This document shows, piece after piece, positions 54,394-63,447 of a stretch of DNA of 64,000 nt. The notes below the pieces were generated by a model. The model did not search any database. It was not told the origin of the DNA and worked only from the letters and a program-made list of their open reading frames with translations. Where the stretch lies: assembly GCA_036002305.1 (NCBI GenBank), contig DASYTL010000039.1:185604-249603 (forward strand), given 5' to 3'. How positions within the stretch are numbered: the stretch's first letter is position 1; every line of letters begins with the position of its first letter. The stretch comes from Candidatus Limnocylindria bacterium. GTDB taxonomy: Bacteria; Chloroflexota; Limnocylindria; P2-11E. Both the position numbers and the translations under genes were made by a program.

Positions 54394-55173
54394 ATGCTAC
54401 GCCTGCCCCCGAATAGCATCGAGCCACAGGTGAACGCCGCGATCTCCATCCACGGAGCCACCGTGGGCTACACCGCTCCCGTCCTCCGTGACATCGACCT
54501 CGAGGTGGGAGCCGGCGAGGTCCTGGCCGTCGTTGGCCGGAGCGGTGTCGGAAAGACGACGCTGTTACGGCTGGTCGCCGGCCTGCTGAAGCCGTCGTCG
54601 GGCGGCGTCAGCCTGCTCGGCGCCGCCCCGGAGCGCGCGCGACAGCAGAAGCGCGTCGGCTTCGTGGCGCAGGACGCCCGGTTGCACCCGTGGCGCACGG
54701 TGCTCGAGAACGTCTCGCTCCCGCTCGAGGTGAACCGCGCCGCGAAGGTCAATGGCCACGTAACGCCCGCGGAGTGGGTCGGCCGGGTCGGCCTGGAAGG
54801 CGCGACGCGGGCCTACCCGCACCAGCTTTCCGGCGGGATGCGCCAGCGGGTCGCGCTGGCGCGCTCGCTGGTGCTCGACCCGGAGATCCTGCTCATGGAC
54901 GAGCCGCTCGCCTCGCTCGACGAGCTCACCCGCGAAGACCTGCGCGAGGAGCTCGCGCGCCTCTGGGAGGGCACTTCGCGAGCCGTGCTGTACGTAACGC
55001 ACGACATCTCCGAGGCCGTGCAGCTCGCGGACCGGGTCGTGGCCATCGGCGGTCGGCCCGCGCGGATCTGCGGCGAGGTGCGGGTGACACTCGCTAGGCC
55101 GCGCGACCGGCGCATTCGGCGCGATGCCCGTTTCCAGGACCTCATCGAGGAGGTGCGCGCGCACCTCCGATGA
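54394..55173 (+). CDS. ABC transporter ATP-binding protein, NitT/TauT (nitrate/sulfonate/bicarbonate) family
   Basis: Walker A (GRSGVGKTT), signature (LSGGMRQR), Walker B (ILLMDEP). The start is uncertain: ATG 54394 or in-frame GTG 54430. Confidence 0.85.
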   Translation: MLRLPPNSIEPQVNAAISIHGATVGYTAPVLRDIDLEVGAGEVLAVVGRSGVGKTTLLRLVAGLLKPSSGGVSLLGAAPERARQQKRVGFVAQDARLHPWRTVLENVSLPLEVNRAAKVNGHVTPAEWVGRVGLEGATRAYPHQLSGGMRQRVALARSLVLDPEILLMDEPLASLDELTREDLREELARLWEGTSRAVLYVTHDISEAVQLADRVVAIGGRPARICGEVRVTLARPRDRRIRRDARFQDLIEEVRAHLR

Positions 55174-55940
55174 ACGCACGACGAACTCTGCTCGATCTCC
55201 TGATCGCGGGCGCGGCGATCATCGCGGTCGCCGCCGTCGTCGAGGTGGGTACGCGTCTCTTCCGAGTCCCGCCGTACCTCATGCCCGCGCCGTCGGCGAT
55301 CGCCACGCGCCTCGCGACCGACGCCGGCTTCTTCGCGCGAGAGGCCGCCATCACGCTTGGGGAGGCGACGCTCGGATTCGCGCTCGGTACCGCCATCGCG
55401 TTCGTGATCGCGACGGCGATGGCGCGATCTCAGCCGGTCGAGCGCACGCTGTTCCCGCTCGCGATCCTGGTGAAGCTCACGCCGATCGTCGCGGTCGCGC
55501 CGCTCTTCACGCTCTGGTTCGGGTTCGGCACGGCGCCGAAGGTCGCGATCGCGGCGCTCATCACGTTCTTCCCGATGCTCGTGAACGCTTTCGTCGGGCT
55601 GCGCTCCGCGGACCGGCAGGAGCTCGCGTTCCTGGAAACGCTGGGGGCGTCGGAGCGCGAGATCTTCTTCCACCTCCGGGTTCCGAGCGCCCTTCCATAT
55701 CTGTTCTCCGGCGCCCGGATCTCGCTGAACCTCGCACTGATTGGCGCGGTCATCGGCGAGTGGACCGGCGCGGATCGTGGGCTCGGCCGGGTGATCCTCG
55801 TCGCGAACGCGAACCTCGACCTCACCGCGCTGTTCGGAGCGGTGCTGGTGCTCGCGACGATCGGCATCGCCGCGAACGCGGCGGTCGGCGCGGCTGAGCG
55901 GCGCCTCCTGCACTGGCACCCCATCGCGGTGGCGACGTGA
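55170..55940 (+). CDS. ABC transporter permease, NitT/TauT family
   Basis: 256 aa, 6 TM. ATG overlaps the ATPase stop (ATGA). Confidence 0.85.
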   Translation: MNARRTLLDLLIAGAAIIAVAAVVEVGTRLFRVPPYLMPAPSAIATRLATDAGFFAREAAITLGEATLGFALGTAIAFVIATAMARSQPVERTLFPLAILVKLTPIVAVAPLFTLWFGFGTAPKVAIAALITFFPMLVNAFVGLRSADRQELAFLETLGASEREIFFHLRVPSALPYLFSGARISLNLALIGAVIGEWTGADRGLGRVILVANANLDLTALFGAVLVLATIGIAANAAVGAAERRLLHWHPIAVAT

Positions 55941-56956
55941 TGCGACTGACCGCCCTCCTCGCGGCGATGCTCCTCGTCGCATGCAACGCCGGCACGCCGG
56001 CGGCAAGCCCGACGCCGGTTCCCGTCGAGAAGGTCACCTTCATGGCCGGCTTCAAGCCGCAGGCGAATCTCCCGTTCGTCGCCGTCTACGTGGCGCAGGA
56101 GCGTGGCTACTTCCGCGAGCAGGCGCTCGAGGTGGAGATCCGGCATTCGGCGGGCTCGGGCGAGCACATCCAGCTGCTCGCGACCGGACGCATCCAGTTC
56201 TCGACCGGCTCGGCGGGCGACGTGATGAAGCGGGTCGCCGACGCCGGAGTGCCGCTCGTCGGCGTCGCGCAGATCGGACAGCGTGACGAGCAATCCTTCG
56301 CGGTCCGCGCGGACTCGCCGATCCGCACGCCCAAGGACTGGGAGGGGCGGATCGTCGGCTACAAGTCGACGGTGAGCGCGGACTATCTCGCGCTGCTCAA
56401 GATCGGCGGGGTCGATCGCTCGAAGGTCCGCGAGGTCGCGGTGGGGTTCGACCCGCGCGTTCTCGCCGACGGCCGTGTGGACGTCTACCCGGTGTTCACC
56501 TCGAACGAGCCCGACACGCTCTCGAGGCTCGGCATTCCCGTGCGCCTCATCGACCCGACGAGCTACGGCGTTCCCGGTCTCGGGCTCGGCTTCATCACCA
56601 ACCGCGAGACCGCCGAGGGCAAGCCAGACGTCGTGCGCCGCTTCCTGCGGGCCTCACTCCGTGGCCTGGCGGACGCCGTCGCCGACCGCGATGCGGCGAT
56701 CGACATCGTGATGAAGTACGCGCCCGGAGAAGATCGCGCGCACCAGCGGTACATGCTCGATACCGAGATCGAGGCGGCGCGGGACGACCCCGCCCGCACG
56801 AGCGGGATCGGGGCGATGGATCGGGGACGGTACGTCGCGCTCCGCGATTTCCTGCTCCAGTACGGGGCGCTCTCGAAGACCGTCGATGTGGAGGCGATCT
56901 TTACCGACCGCTTCGTGAAGGAGCTCTATCGCGACGGCGTGCTCGTCTGGCGCTGA
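55937..56956 (+). CDS. ABC transporter substrate-binding lipoprotein, NMT1/THI5-like (SsuA/TauA/ThiY-type)
   Basis: Signal peptide with lipobox (LLVACNAG) and a periplasmic-binding fold. 339 aa. Its start overlaps the permease stop. Confidence 0.8.
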   Translation: MMRLTALLAAMLLVACNAGTPAASPTPVPVEKVTFMAGFKPQANLPFVAVYVAQERGYFREQALEVEIRHSAGSGEHIQLLATGRIQFSTGSAGDVMKRVADAGVPLVGVAQIGQRDEQSFAVRADSPIRTPKDWEGRIVGYKSTVSADYLALLKIGGVDRSKVREVAVGFDPRVLADGRVDVYPVFTSNEPDTLSRLGIPVRLIDPTSYGVPGLGLGFITNRETAEGKPDVVRRFLRASLRGLADAVADRDAAIDIVMKYAPGEDRAHQRYMLDTEIEAARDDPARTSGIGAMDRGRYVALRDFLLQYGALSKTVDVEAIFTDRFVKELYRDGVLVWR

Positions 56957-57270
56957 GCCGCCGACCGAGCGTCTCGCGAGCGAAGCCGCGGCGTCCACAG
57001 ATGTCCTGCGAGGTCGACCCGCCTTCCGATGAAACGCACACCCTCACGGCGCAGCCGGGTCCCGTGCCGCGCGAAGGCGGGCTCGCCCGTCGATCTGATG
57101 ACGCGATGGCACGGCACGGTCTTGTCGGTGCAACCGCGCATCACGTTCCCGACCGCGCGCGCGGCACGCGCACGACCGGCCAGCATGCCGACCAGGCCGT
57201 ACGTCGCGACGCGGCCGGCGGGGATCTGGCGGACGACCGCGTACACGCCGCGCGACCACGCGTCCGGCAT
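56926..57270 (-). CDS. MGMT-family protein (O6-alkylguanine-DNA alkyltransferase C-terminal domain only, PCHRV active-site motif)
   Basis: Contains IPAGRVATYG...RAVGNV...VPCHRVIRSTG, matching the DNA-binding/active-site domain. I placed the start at the internal ATG 57270. The longer ORF would start at 57357, overlapping the divergent permease ATG in a CATG palindrome. Confidence 0.6.
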   Translation of the reverse strand: MPDAWSRGVYAVVRQIPAGRVATYGLVGMLAGRARAARAVGNVMRGCTDKTVPCHRVIRSTGEPAFARHGTRLRREGVRFIGRRVDLAGHLWTPRLRSRDARSAAQRQTSTPSR

Positions 57271-57355
57271 CGTCGCCACGCTAGGTGCCTTGGCCGAGCG
57301 GTAGTCCTCGCTGTTGGCGCATCTGTGGTCTGCTGCTCCGCAGTAGTCTCTCGAC

Positions 57356-58450
57356 ATGACCGCGGTCCCGGTCGCTACGAAGCAGCTCAGCGCCCGCTGG
57401 AACCCACGTCGATTCTTCGGCCCGTACTGGCGTCACCCGATAGCCCGCGCGTTCCTCAAGGCGGCGCTCACCATTTGGGTCACCACCACCATCACGTTCT
57501 TCCTGATCCGTCTCATGCCAGGAAGCCCGGTCGAGCTGAAGATCGACGAGCTCATTCAATCATCGAACGGCGCTCTCACATACGAAGACGCCAGGGCCAT
57601 CGCTTCAGGCCTGTTCGCGATCGATCTCAATGCGCCCCTCCACGAGCAATACCTTTCGTTCATGTGGAGCCTCGTCCGTCTCGACGTAGGCAAGTCGTTC
57701 CTGTCGTCAGGAACGAGCGTGACCTCCATCATCCTGGCAGTACTCCCGTGGACGCTCTTCTCGGTCGGCACCGGGCTGCTTCTGAGCTTCATCGTCGGCA
57801 TCGGGTTGGGATTGCTCGCGGCGTACCGGCGCAATTCGCTATTTGACCGCGTCGTCTCGACCGGCGGTTCGTTCATCAGCTCCGTCCCCAACTATCTCAT
57901 CGCGATCATGCTCATCCTCTTCCTGGGGGTCCAGACCAACATCATCAATTTCACGTCGATGCGCGGCGCCTACAGCCCCGGTATGCAGCCGAGCTTCTAT
58001 CTCGACTTCATCGGGGACCTCTTCTACCACGCGGCGCTCCCGATCTCGATCTACTTCCTCACGCAGATCGGCCACTGGATCCTCTCCATGCGCAGCGCGA
58101 CCCTCTCGGCCCTCGAGGAGGACTACGTCACGGCTGCCCGGGCTCGTGGCCTATCGGATGGACGGATCCGCACGGCCTACGTCGGACGCAACGCGGTGCT
58201 TCCTCTTGTCACGCAGCTCGCGATCAGCGTCGGCTTCATCGTGGGCGGGGCAGCGATCATCGAGCAGATCTTCGCGTACCAGGGCGTCGGGCTGAAGCTT
58301 CTTGACGCGGTGAGGCAGCGGGACTACCCGGTGATCCAGGGGATCGTCCTGCTGACCACGATCGCGGTGGTCATCGCCAACCTGGCGGCCGACCTCCTCT
58401 ATTCGAAGCTCGATCCGCGGATCGGCCGCGCCGGCGGGGCGGCCGGATGA
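57356..58450 (+). CDS. ABC transporter permease (DppB-like) with extended periplasmic loop
   Basis: 364 aa. BPD_transp_1 core with an unusually long insertion between TM1 and TM2 (~100 aa). Confidence 0.85.
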   Translation: MTAVPVATKQLSARWNPRRFFGPYWRHPIARAFLKAALTIWVTTTITFFLIRLMPGSPVELKIDELIQSSNGALTYEDARAIASGLFAIDLNAPLHEQYLSFMWSLVRLDVGKSFLSSGTSVTSIILAVLPWTLFSVGTGLLLSFIVGIGLGLLAAYRRNSLFDRVVSTGGSFISSVPNYLIAIMLILFLGVQTNIINFTSMRGAYSPGMQPSFYLDFIGDLFYHAALPISIYFLTQIGHWILSMRSATLSALEEDYVTAARARGLSDGRIRTAYVGRNAVLPLVTQLAISVGFIVGGAAIIEQIFAYQGVGLKLLDAVRQRDYPVIQGIVLLTTIAVVIANLAADLLYSKLDPRIGRAGGAAG

Positions 58451-59352
58451 CAATCGCGATCTACGCCCGTCCCACCCTCGGGCAACGTGTGGCCGGCCCG
58501 TTCGTCGCGAGCGTCGAGTTCCTGCGCCTGCTTTCGAAGCGTCCGGTCGGCTTCGCGGGATTCATCGGTTGCGTTTTCTTCCTTTTCCTCGCCTTCGTCG
58601 CGCCCCTCTTCGTTCCCCTGAAGAACGACCCCAGCCTCGCCGAGATCTACCAGACCCCGTCGCTGGCGCATCCGCTCGGGACGGACTTCCAGGGCAAGGA
58701 CGTCCTGAACCAGATCGTCTACGGAGGCCGCGACATCCTCACGATCGCAATCCTCGCCGCGTTCTTTTCAACGACGATCGCGATCACGTTCGGCTCGATC
58801 GCGGCAACCGTGGGCGGGCGCGTCGACGCGGCGATCGTCGCGATCACCGACGTCATCCTGACGGTCCCACAGCTGGTCCTCCTCATCGCGGTTGCGGCGA
58901 TCCTCCGGCCGACGAGCTTCCTGTTTCTTGCCGTCATCCTCGCCCTGCTGCAGTGGTCAAGCCTGCTGCGGCAGATCCGCTCACAGGTCCTGTCGTTGAA
59001 GGAACGCGACTACGTCGAAGCCGCGCGATCGCTCGATCTCGGTCTTCCCCACATCATCTTCCGCGAGATGCTTCCGAGCATGCGCAGCTATATCGCCATC
59101 CACTTCATCCTCGCGATGACGCAGGCGATGTATGCGCAGGTGGGAATCATCATCCTCGGTCTCGTTCCAATCTCTGGGACGAACTGGGGCATCATGCTGT
59201 ACTTCGCGCAGGGCCAGGGAGCACTCTTCTTCCGGGACAGTCTCTGGTACATCCTCAGCCCGATCCTGGCGATCGTTCTCGTGCAGCTGTCGCTGGTGTC
59301 ATTCGCCTCGGGGCTCGAGGAGATCTTCAACCCACGCCTTCGCGGAGCCTGA
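58447..59352 (+). CDS. ABC transporter permease (DppC-like)
   Basis: 301 aa. Conserved LGTDFQGKD motif. Its start overlaps the upstream stop. Confidence 0.9.
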   Translation: MTIAIYARPTLGQRVAGPFVASVEFLRLLSKRPVGFAGFIGCVFFLFLAFVAPLFVPLKNDPSLAEIYQTPSLAHPLGTDFQGKDVLNQIVYGGRDILTIAILAAFFSTTIAITFGSIAATVGGRVDAAIVAITDVILTVPQLVLLIAVAAILRPTSFLFLAVILALLQWSSLLRQIRSQVLSLKERDYVEAARSLDLGLPHIIFREMLPSMRSYIAIHFILAMTQAMYAQVGIIILGLVPISGTNWGIMLYFAQGQGALFFRDSLWYILSPILAIVLVQLSLVSFASGLEEIFNPRLRGA

Positions 59353-59357
59353 CAGCG

Positions 59358-60386
59358 TTGCCGGTCCTTTCGGTGCGCGGCCTCTCCATCGACTATCTGA
59401 CGCGCCGCGGCGCCGTCCACGCCGTCCGCGACGTGTCGTTCGACCTGGAGAAGAGCGAGACGCTGGCGATCATCGGAGAGAGCGGCTCGGGCAAGACGAC
59501 GCTCGCCGTGGGGCTCATCCGGCTGTCTCCGCGTGGCACGAAGGTGACGAAGGGCGAGATCCTCTACACAAAGGACGGCGTCACGAGCGACGTTCGCAAA
59601 CTCGACGATGACGATCTCCGGGAGTACCGCTGGGCCGAGTGCGCCATGGTCTTCCAGGCAGCGCTCAATTCGTTCAATCCGGTCATCACGATCTGGGAGC
59701 AGTTCTTGGACACGGCACGGGCCCACGGGATGGCGGGCAAACGCCGCGTGCGCGACCGTGCCGGTGAGCTGCTCGACCTTGTGCACCTCGACGCCCGGCG
59801 GGTCCTGCCGGCGTTCCAACACGAGCTTTCGGGCGGTATGAAGCAGCGCGTCCTGATCGCGCTGGCCCTGATGCTCGAGCCCCAGCTCGTGATCCTCGAC
59901 GAGCCGACGACAGCGCTCGACATCCTCACCCAGCGCTCGATCATCGATCTCCTGCGACAGCTCCGGCAGCGGCTCGGCTTCTCGATGATCTTCATCTCGC
60001 ACGATCTGTCGCTCGCGGCTGAGCTCGCCGACCGGATGATCACGATGTACGCGGGACGGGTCGTGGAGCACGCCAAGGTCGAGGACATGTTCTACCGGCC
60101 GCGGCATCCGTACTCGCTCGGGCTGCTGCGGGCTGTGCCGCGCGTCTCGGGCGCGCTCGGAAACATCACCTCGATCCCGGGCTCGCCGCCTGACCTCATT
60201 CGCCTGCCGGTGGGTTGCTCCTACGCGCCGCGCTGCCCGTTCGCGATCGATGCCTGTCGCGAGGCGGATCCGCCCCTCCTGGCTGTAGACACGCCGCAGC
60301 ACGAAGCCGCCTGCATTCGCTGGCGACATGTGGCCGAGGTGTTGCGGTCGGACGCGGACGTGCCGGTCGCGGAGAAACTCGCGTGA
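59358..60386 (+). CDS. ABC transporter ATP-binding protein (DppD/OppD-like)
   Basis: Walker A (GESGSGKTT), signature (LSGGMKQR), Walker B (LVILDEP) and an oligopeptide_C-type tail. The start is TTG 59358 or GTG 59373, both in frame. Confidence 0.85.
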   Translation: MPVLSVRGLSIDYLTRRGAVHAVRDVSFDLEKSETLAIIGESGSGKTTLAVGLIRLSPRGTKVTKGEILYTKDGVTSDVRKLDDDDLREYRWAECAMVFQAALNSFNPVITIWEQFLDTARAHGMAGKRRVRDRAGELLDLVHLDARRVLPAFQHELSGGMKQRVLIALALMLEPQLVILDEPTTALDILTQRSIIDLLRQLRQRLGFSMIFISHDLSLAAELADRMITMYAGRVVEHAKVEDMFYRPRHPYSLGLLRAVPRVSGALGNITSIPGSPPDLIRLPVGCSYAPRCPFAIDACREADPPLLAVDTPQHEAACIRWRHVAEVLRSDADVPVAEKLA

Positions 60387-61390
60387 CCGCGCTCATCGAG
60401 CTCGAGCGCATCAGCAGGACGTTCACCACGCCGGATGGCCCGATCAGGGCGGTTGATTCCGTATCGTTGGCGCTCGAGGCGGGCGAGGCGATCTGCATCG
60501 TCGGCGAGAGCGGCTGCGGCAAGACGACGACGGGCCGCCTTCTCAGCGGGCTGATCCGGCCCACGGGCGGCCGCCTTCTCTACGAGGGAAAAGATGTCTG
60601 GTTGACGAAGGGCGCCGACCTCGCGCGTTTTCGGCGCGCCGTCCAGCTCGTTCACCAGGACCCCTACTCGTCGCTGAACCCGACTCGGACGGTGTTCCAG
60701 ACGCTCTCGGCTCCGCTCTTCCGCCACAAGAAGGCGCGCTCTGGAAGACAGGCTCTGGCGGTGGTCACAGAGCTCCTCCAGCGTGTCGACCTAACGCCGC
60801 CCGAGTACTTCCTCACGAAGTACCCGCACCAGCTTTCCGGCGGTCAGCGGCAGCGTGTGGCGATCGCTCGCGCGCTCACGGTCGATCCAACGGTGATCGT
60901 GGCCGACGAGGCCGTATCGATGGTCGACGTATCGATCCGCATCAGCCTCCTCAACCTGCTCCTTGGGCTTCGCAGCGAGTTCGGCGTAACCATCGTCCTC
61001 ATCACGCATGACCTCGCGGTGGCGCGGTACTTCGCGCGCAGCGGCCGCATCGGAGTGATGTACCTGGGGCGCGTGGTCGAGTTGGCGCGCACCGAGTCGC
61101 TCGTGGGCGATCCAGCGCATCCGTACTCGGCCGCGCTCATCGCGGCGATTCCTGAGGCCGACCCCGAGATCACGCGGACGAAAAAGCGTGTCGAGCTGCG
61201 CAGCGCTGAAATCCCGAGCCTGCTCGCCCTGCCCCCCGGCTGCACCTTCCACCCCCGCTGCCCGCTGTTCGAGGCCGGGCTCTGCGACGCTCTGGTGCCC
61301 GAGCTGCTGCCGATTCCTGAGCAGCGTGAGGTCGCCTGCCATGTGGCGGTGCGCGAGCGGGCAGGCGAGCCAGCGGCGGCCACCGCGTAA
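60383..61390 (+). CDS. ABC transporter ATP-binding protein (DppF/OppF-like)
   Basis: GTG overlaps the upstream stop (GTGA). Walker A (GESGCGKTT), signature (LSGGQRQR), Walker B (VIVADEA). Confidence 0.85.
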   Translation: MTALIELERISRTFTTPDGPIRAVDSVSLALEAGEAICIVGESGCGKTTTGRLLSGLIRPTGGRLLYEGKDVWLTKGADLARFRRAVQLVHQDPYSSLNPTRTVFQTLSAPLFRHKKARSGRQALAVVTELLQRVDLTPPEYFLTKYPHQLSGGQRQRVAIARALTVDPTVIVADEAVSMVDVSIRISLLNLLLGLRSEFGVTIVLITHDLAVARYFARSGRIGVMYLGRVVELARTESLVGDPAHPYSAALIAAIPEADPEITRTKKRVELRSAEIPSLLALPPGCTFHPRCPLFEAGLCDALVPELLPIPEQREVACHVAVRERAGEPAAATA

Positions 61391-61626
61391 TGGACCCATA
61401 CCTCCTTCAAGCCGCTTTTCGCATCGGCTTTTTGATCCTTGTGCTGGCTCTCGCGGTACTTCCTTTTCAGGACCGCTCCTCGGCCGAGTTCGTGGTCACG
61501 GTCCTCGCGCTTCTCATCGGTGTGATCTTCGTCGGCATCGTGACGATCGTCGCACGGTCGACCGTGCCACCACACCCACGCTCGTCAGGCCGCAAGTCAG
61601 TCGACAAAGCTACGAGGAAGGACTAA
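61390..61626 (+). CDS. Small two-TM membrane protein (hypothetical), translationally coupled to the upstream ATPase
   Basis: 78-aa ORF. ATG overlaps the TAA stop of the ATPase by 1 nt. Two hydrophobic helices (FRIGFLILVLALAVL; VLALLIGVIFVGIVTIV). Confidence 0.4.
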   Translation: MDPYLLQAAFRIGFLILVLALAVLPFQDRSSAEFVVTVLALLIGVIFVGIVTIVARSTVPPHPRSSGRKSVDKATRKD

Positions 61627-61658
61627 AAACAGGCGGAGACTTTTTCGGGAGGGGTTCG

Positions 61659-63440
61659 ATGACCGACAGTCTGGTCCGGTATTCCGTTACGCGGCGTCGC
61701 TTCCTGCGCGATGCCACGCTCACCAGCCTCGGACTCATCGCCGCGGCATGCGCCCCTGGCACGCCAGGGACCACCGGCGGTGACGGCGCTGCGAAGGGCG
61801 GCGAGTTCCACGGCGGCTGGCCGTATAAGCTTCCGCCCGAATACCACTGGAACTACTTCTCGACGAACGCGATTCTTGGCGATAGCGCCCTCTATCGCGA
61901 CTTATTCGTCCCGTCGCTCGGTGTCTACATATGGGCCGAAAACAAATGGACATACTGGCTTGCCGAGTCAGCGAAGCTCACGGGCAACGACTACGAGGTG
62001 AAGCTGCGCTCCGGTTTGAAGTGGGACGACGGGAAGCCGTTCACCTCGAAGGATGTTGCGACGACCTACTGGGTCGGACGCATCGCGAGCTTCGGGATCT
62101 GGAACTTCATCGACAAGATCGAGACACCGGACGACCTCACCGTTCGCTTCCACTACACGAAGCCGAGCAGCCTCGGCGAGCGGCTGATCCTGCGCAACGG
62201 GATCAAGCCCGACTCCGTCTACGGGGCCCTCGCGAAGAAGGCACAGGACTTCTACGGCGGTGGCGGCACGAACTCCACCGACGCCGGGAAGGCGCTCATC
62301 AAGGAGATGAACGAATTCCGTCCCGCCGGACCCCCGTCCGTGGGCCCGTACAAGATCGATCCGAGCACGCTCACGGCCGCGCAGGTCACCCTGGTCCGGA
62401 ACCCTGGCGGGCTCTTCGCCGACAAGGTCAATTTCGACAAGATCGTCATCTATCAAGGAGAGACACAGGAGATCACGCCGGTCGTCCTGAACGGTGACAT
62501 CGACTATGCGACGCACGGCTTCCCGCTGGCCACGGACAGGGCCATGCAGGAGAAGGGCTTCCGGATCGTCCGCGGGCCTCTCTTTACCGGACCAGCCCTG
62601 TATTTCCACTGGGAGAACGCCAAGGAATTCCAAGACAAGCGGCTGCGTCAGGCGGTCGCAATGGCCTTCAACCGCGACGAGGCCGGCAAGATCTTCTATG
62701 GATCGTCGGCCCGGGCGCCAAAGTACATGGCCGGCTTCGCGGACAGCCTCGTCCCGAACTGGGTCAACTCGGGCGACCAGGGAAAGCTCAACGAATACAA
62801 ACTCGACCTCGGCAAGGCCGACGCCCTCATGAGGGAGGCGGGCTACGCGAAGGGCGGCGACGGCATCTACGCGAAGGATGGAAAGAAGCTCGAGTTCGAG
62901 CTCTATTTCCCGAGCAACTTCGATGACTGGGCCGCCGCTGCAACGTACGCGTCCGACGCCCTGAACAAGTTCGGCATCAAGATCGTCCTCCGTGGGGCGA
63001 TCCGCTCGTCACAGCTGCCCGACACGAACGCGGGCAAGTTCCAGATCACCATGAACCCGTGGGGAACCCCAAACGCCCATCCCCAGCCCTCACTCGACCG
63101 GCCCTTCCGCGAGTTCAACAAGGATGCGCCTGGCGGAGGCATGAAGTACCCGCTCACGCAGCAGACCTCGAGTGGGTCGGTGAATTTCGACAGCCTGCTC
63201 GACGACACGATCACCGGATTCGACACGAACAAGCAGAAGGACCCGATCACGAAGATCGCGCTGGCGTTCAACGAGCTCCTGCCGTGCATCCCGATCTACG
63301 AGCGGCTGGGAAACAACCCGATCAATGAGAAGGCGCGGGTCGCAGGGTGGAAGCCGGAGGGCGACCCGATCTACACGCAAGGCGGCGCGGACAACTTCAC
63401 CGGCATCATGATCATGGACGGCACGCTGCGGAAGAAGTAA
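61659..63440 (+). CDS. ABC transporter substrate-binding lipoprotein, family 5, with twin-arginine signal
   Basis: Internal ATG at 61659 is preceded by GGGAGGGG. Tat motif (TRRRFLRDA) plus lipobox (LIAAACA). ~593 aa. Confidence 0.85.
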   Translation: MTDSLVRYSVTRRRFLRDATLTSLGLIAAACAPGTPGTTGGDGAAKGGEFHGGWPYKLPPEYHWNYFSTNAILGDSALYRDLFVPSLGVYIWAENKWTYWLAESAKLTGNDYEVKLRSGLKWDDGKPFTSKDVATTYWVGRIASFGIWNFIDKIETPDDLTVRFHYTKPSSLGERLILRNGIKPDSVYGALAKKAQDFYGGGGTNSTDAGKALIKEMNEFRPAGPPSVGPYKIDPSTLTAAQVTLVRNPGGLFADKVNFDKIVIYQGETQEITPVVLNGDIDYATHGFPLATDRAMQEKGFRIVRGPLFTGPALYFHWENAKEFQDKRLRQAVAMAFNRDEAGKIFYGSSARAPKYMAGFADSLVPNWVNSGDQGKLNEYKLDLGKADALMREAGYAKGGDGIYAKDGKKLEFELYFPSNFDDWAAAATYASDALNKFGIKIVLRGAIRSSQLPDTNAGKFQITMNPWGTPNAHPQPSLDRPFREFNKDAPGGGMKYPLTQQTSSGSVNFDSLLDDTITGFDTNKQKDPITKIALAFNELLPCIPIYERLGNNPINEKARVAGWKPEGDPIYTQGGADNFTGIMIMDGTLRKK

Positions 63441-63447
63441 TCGACGC

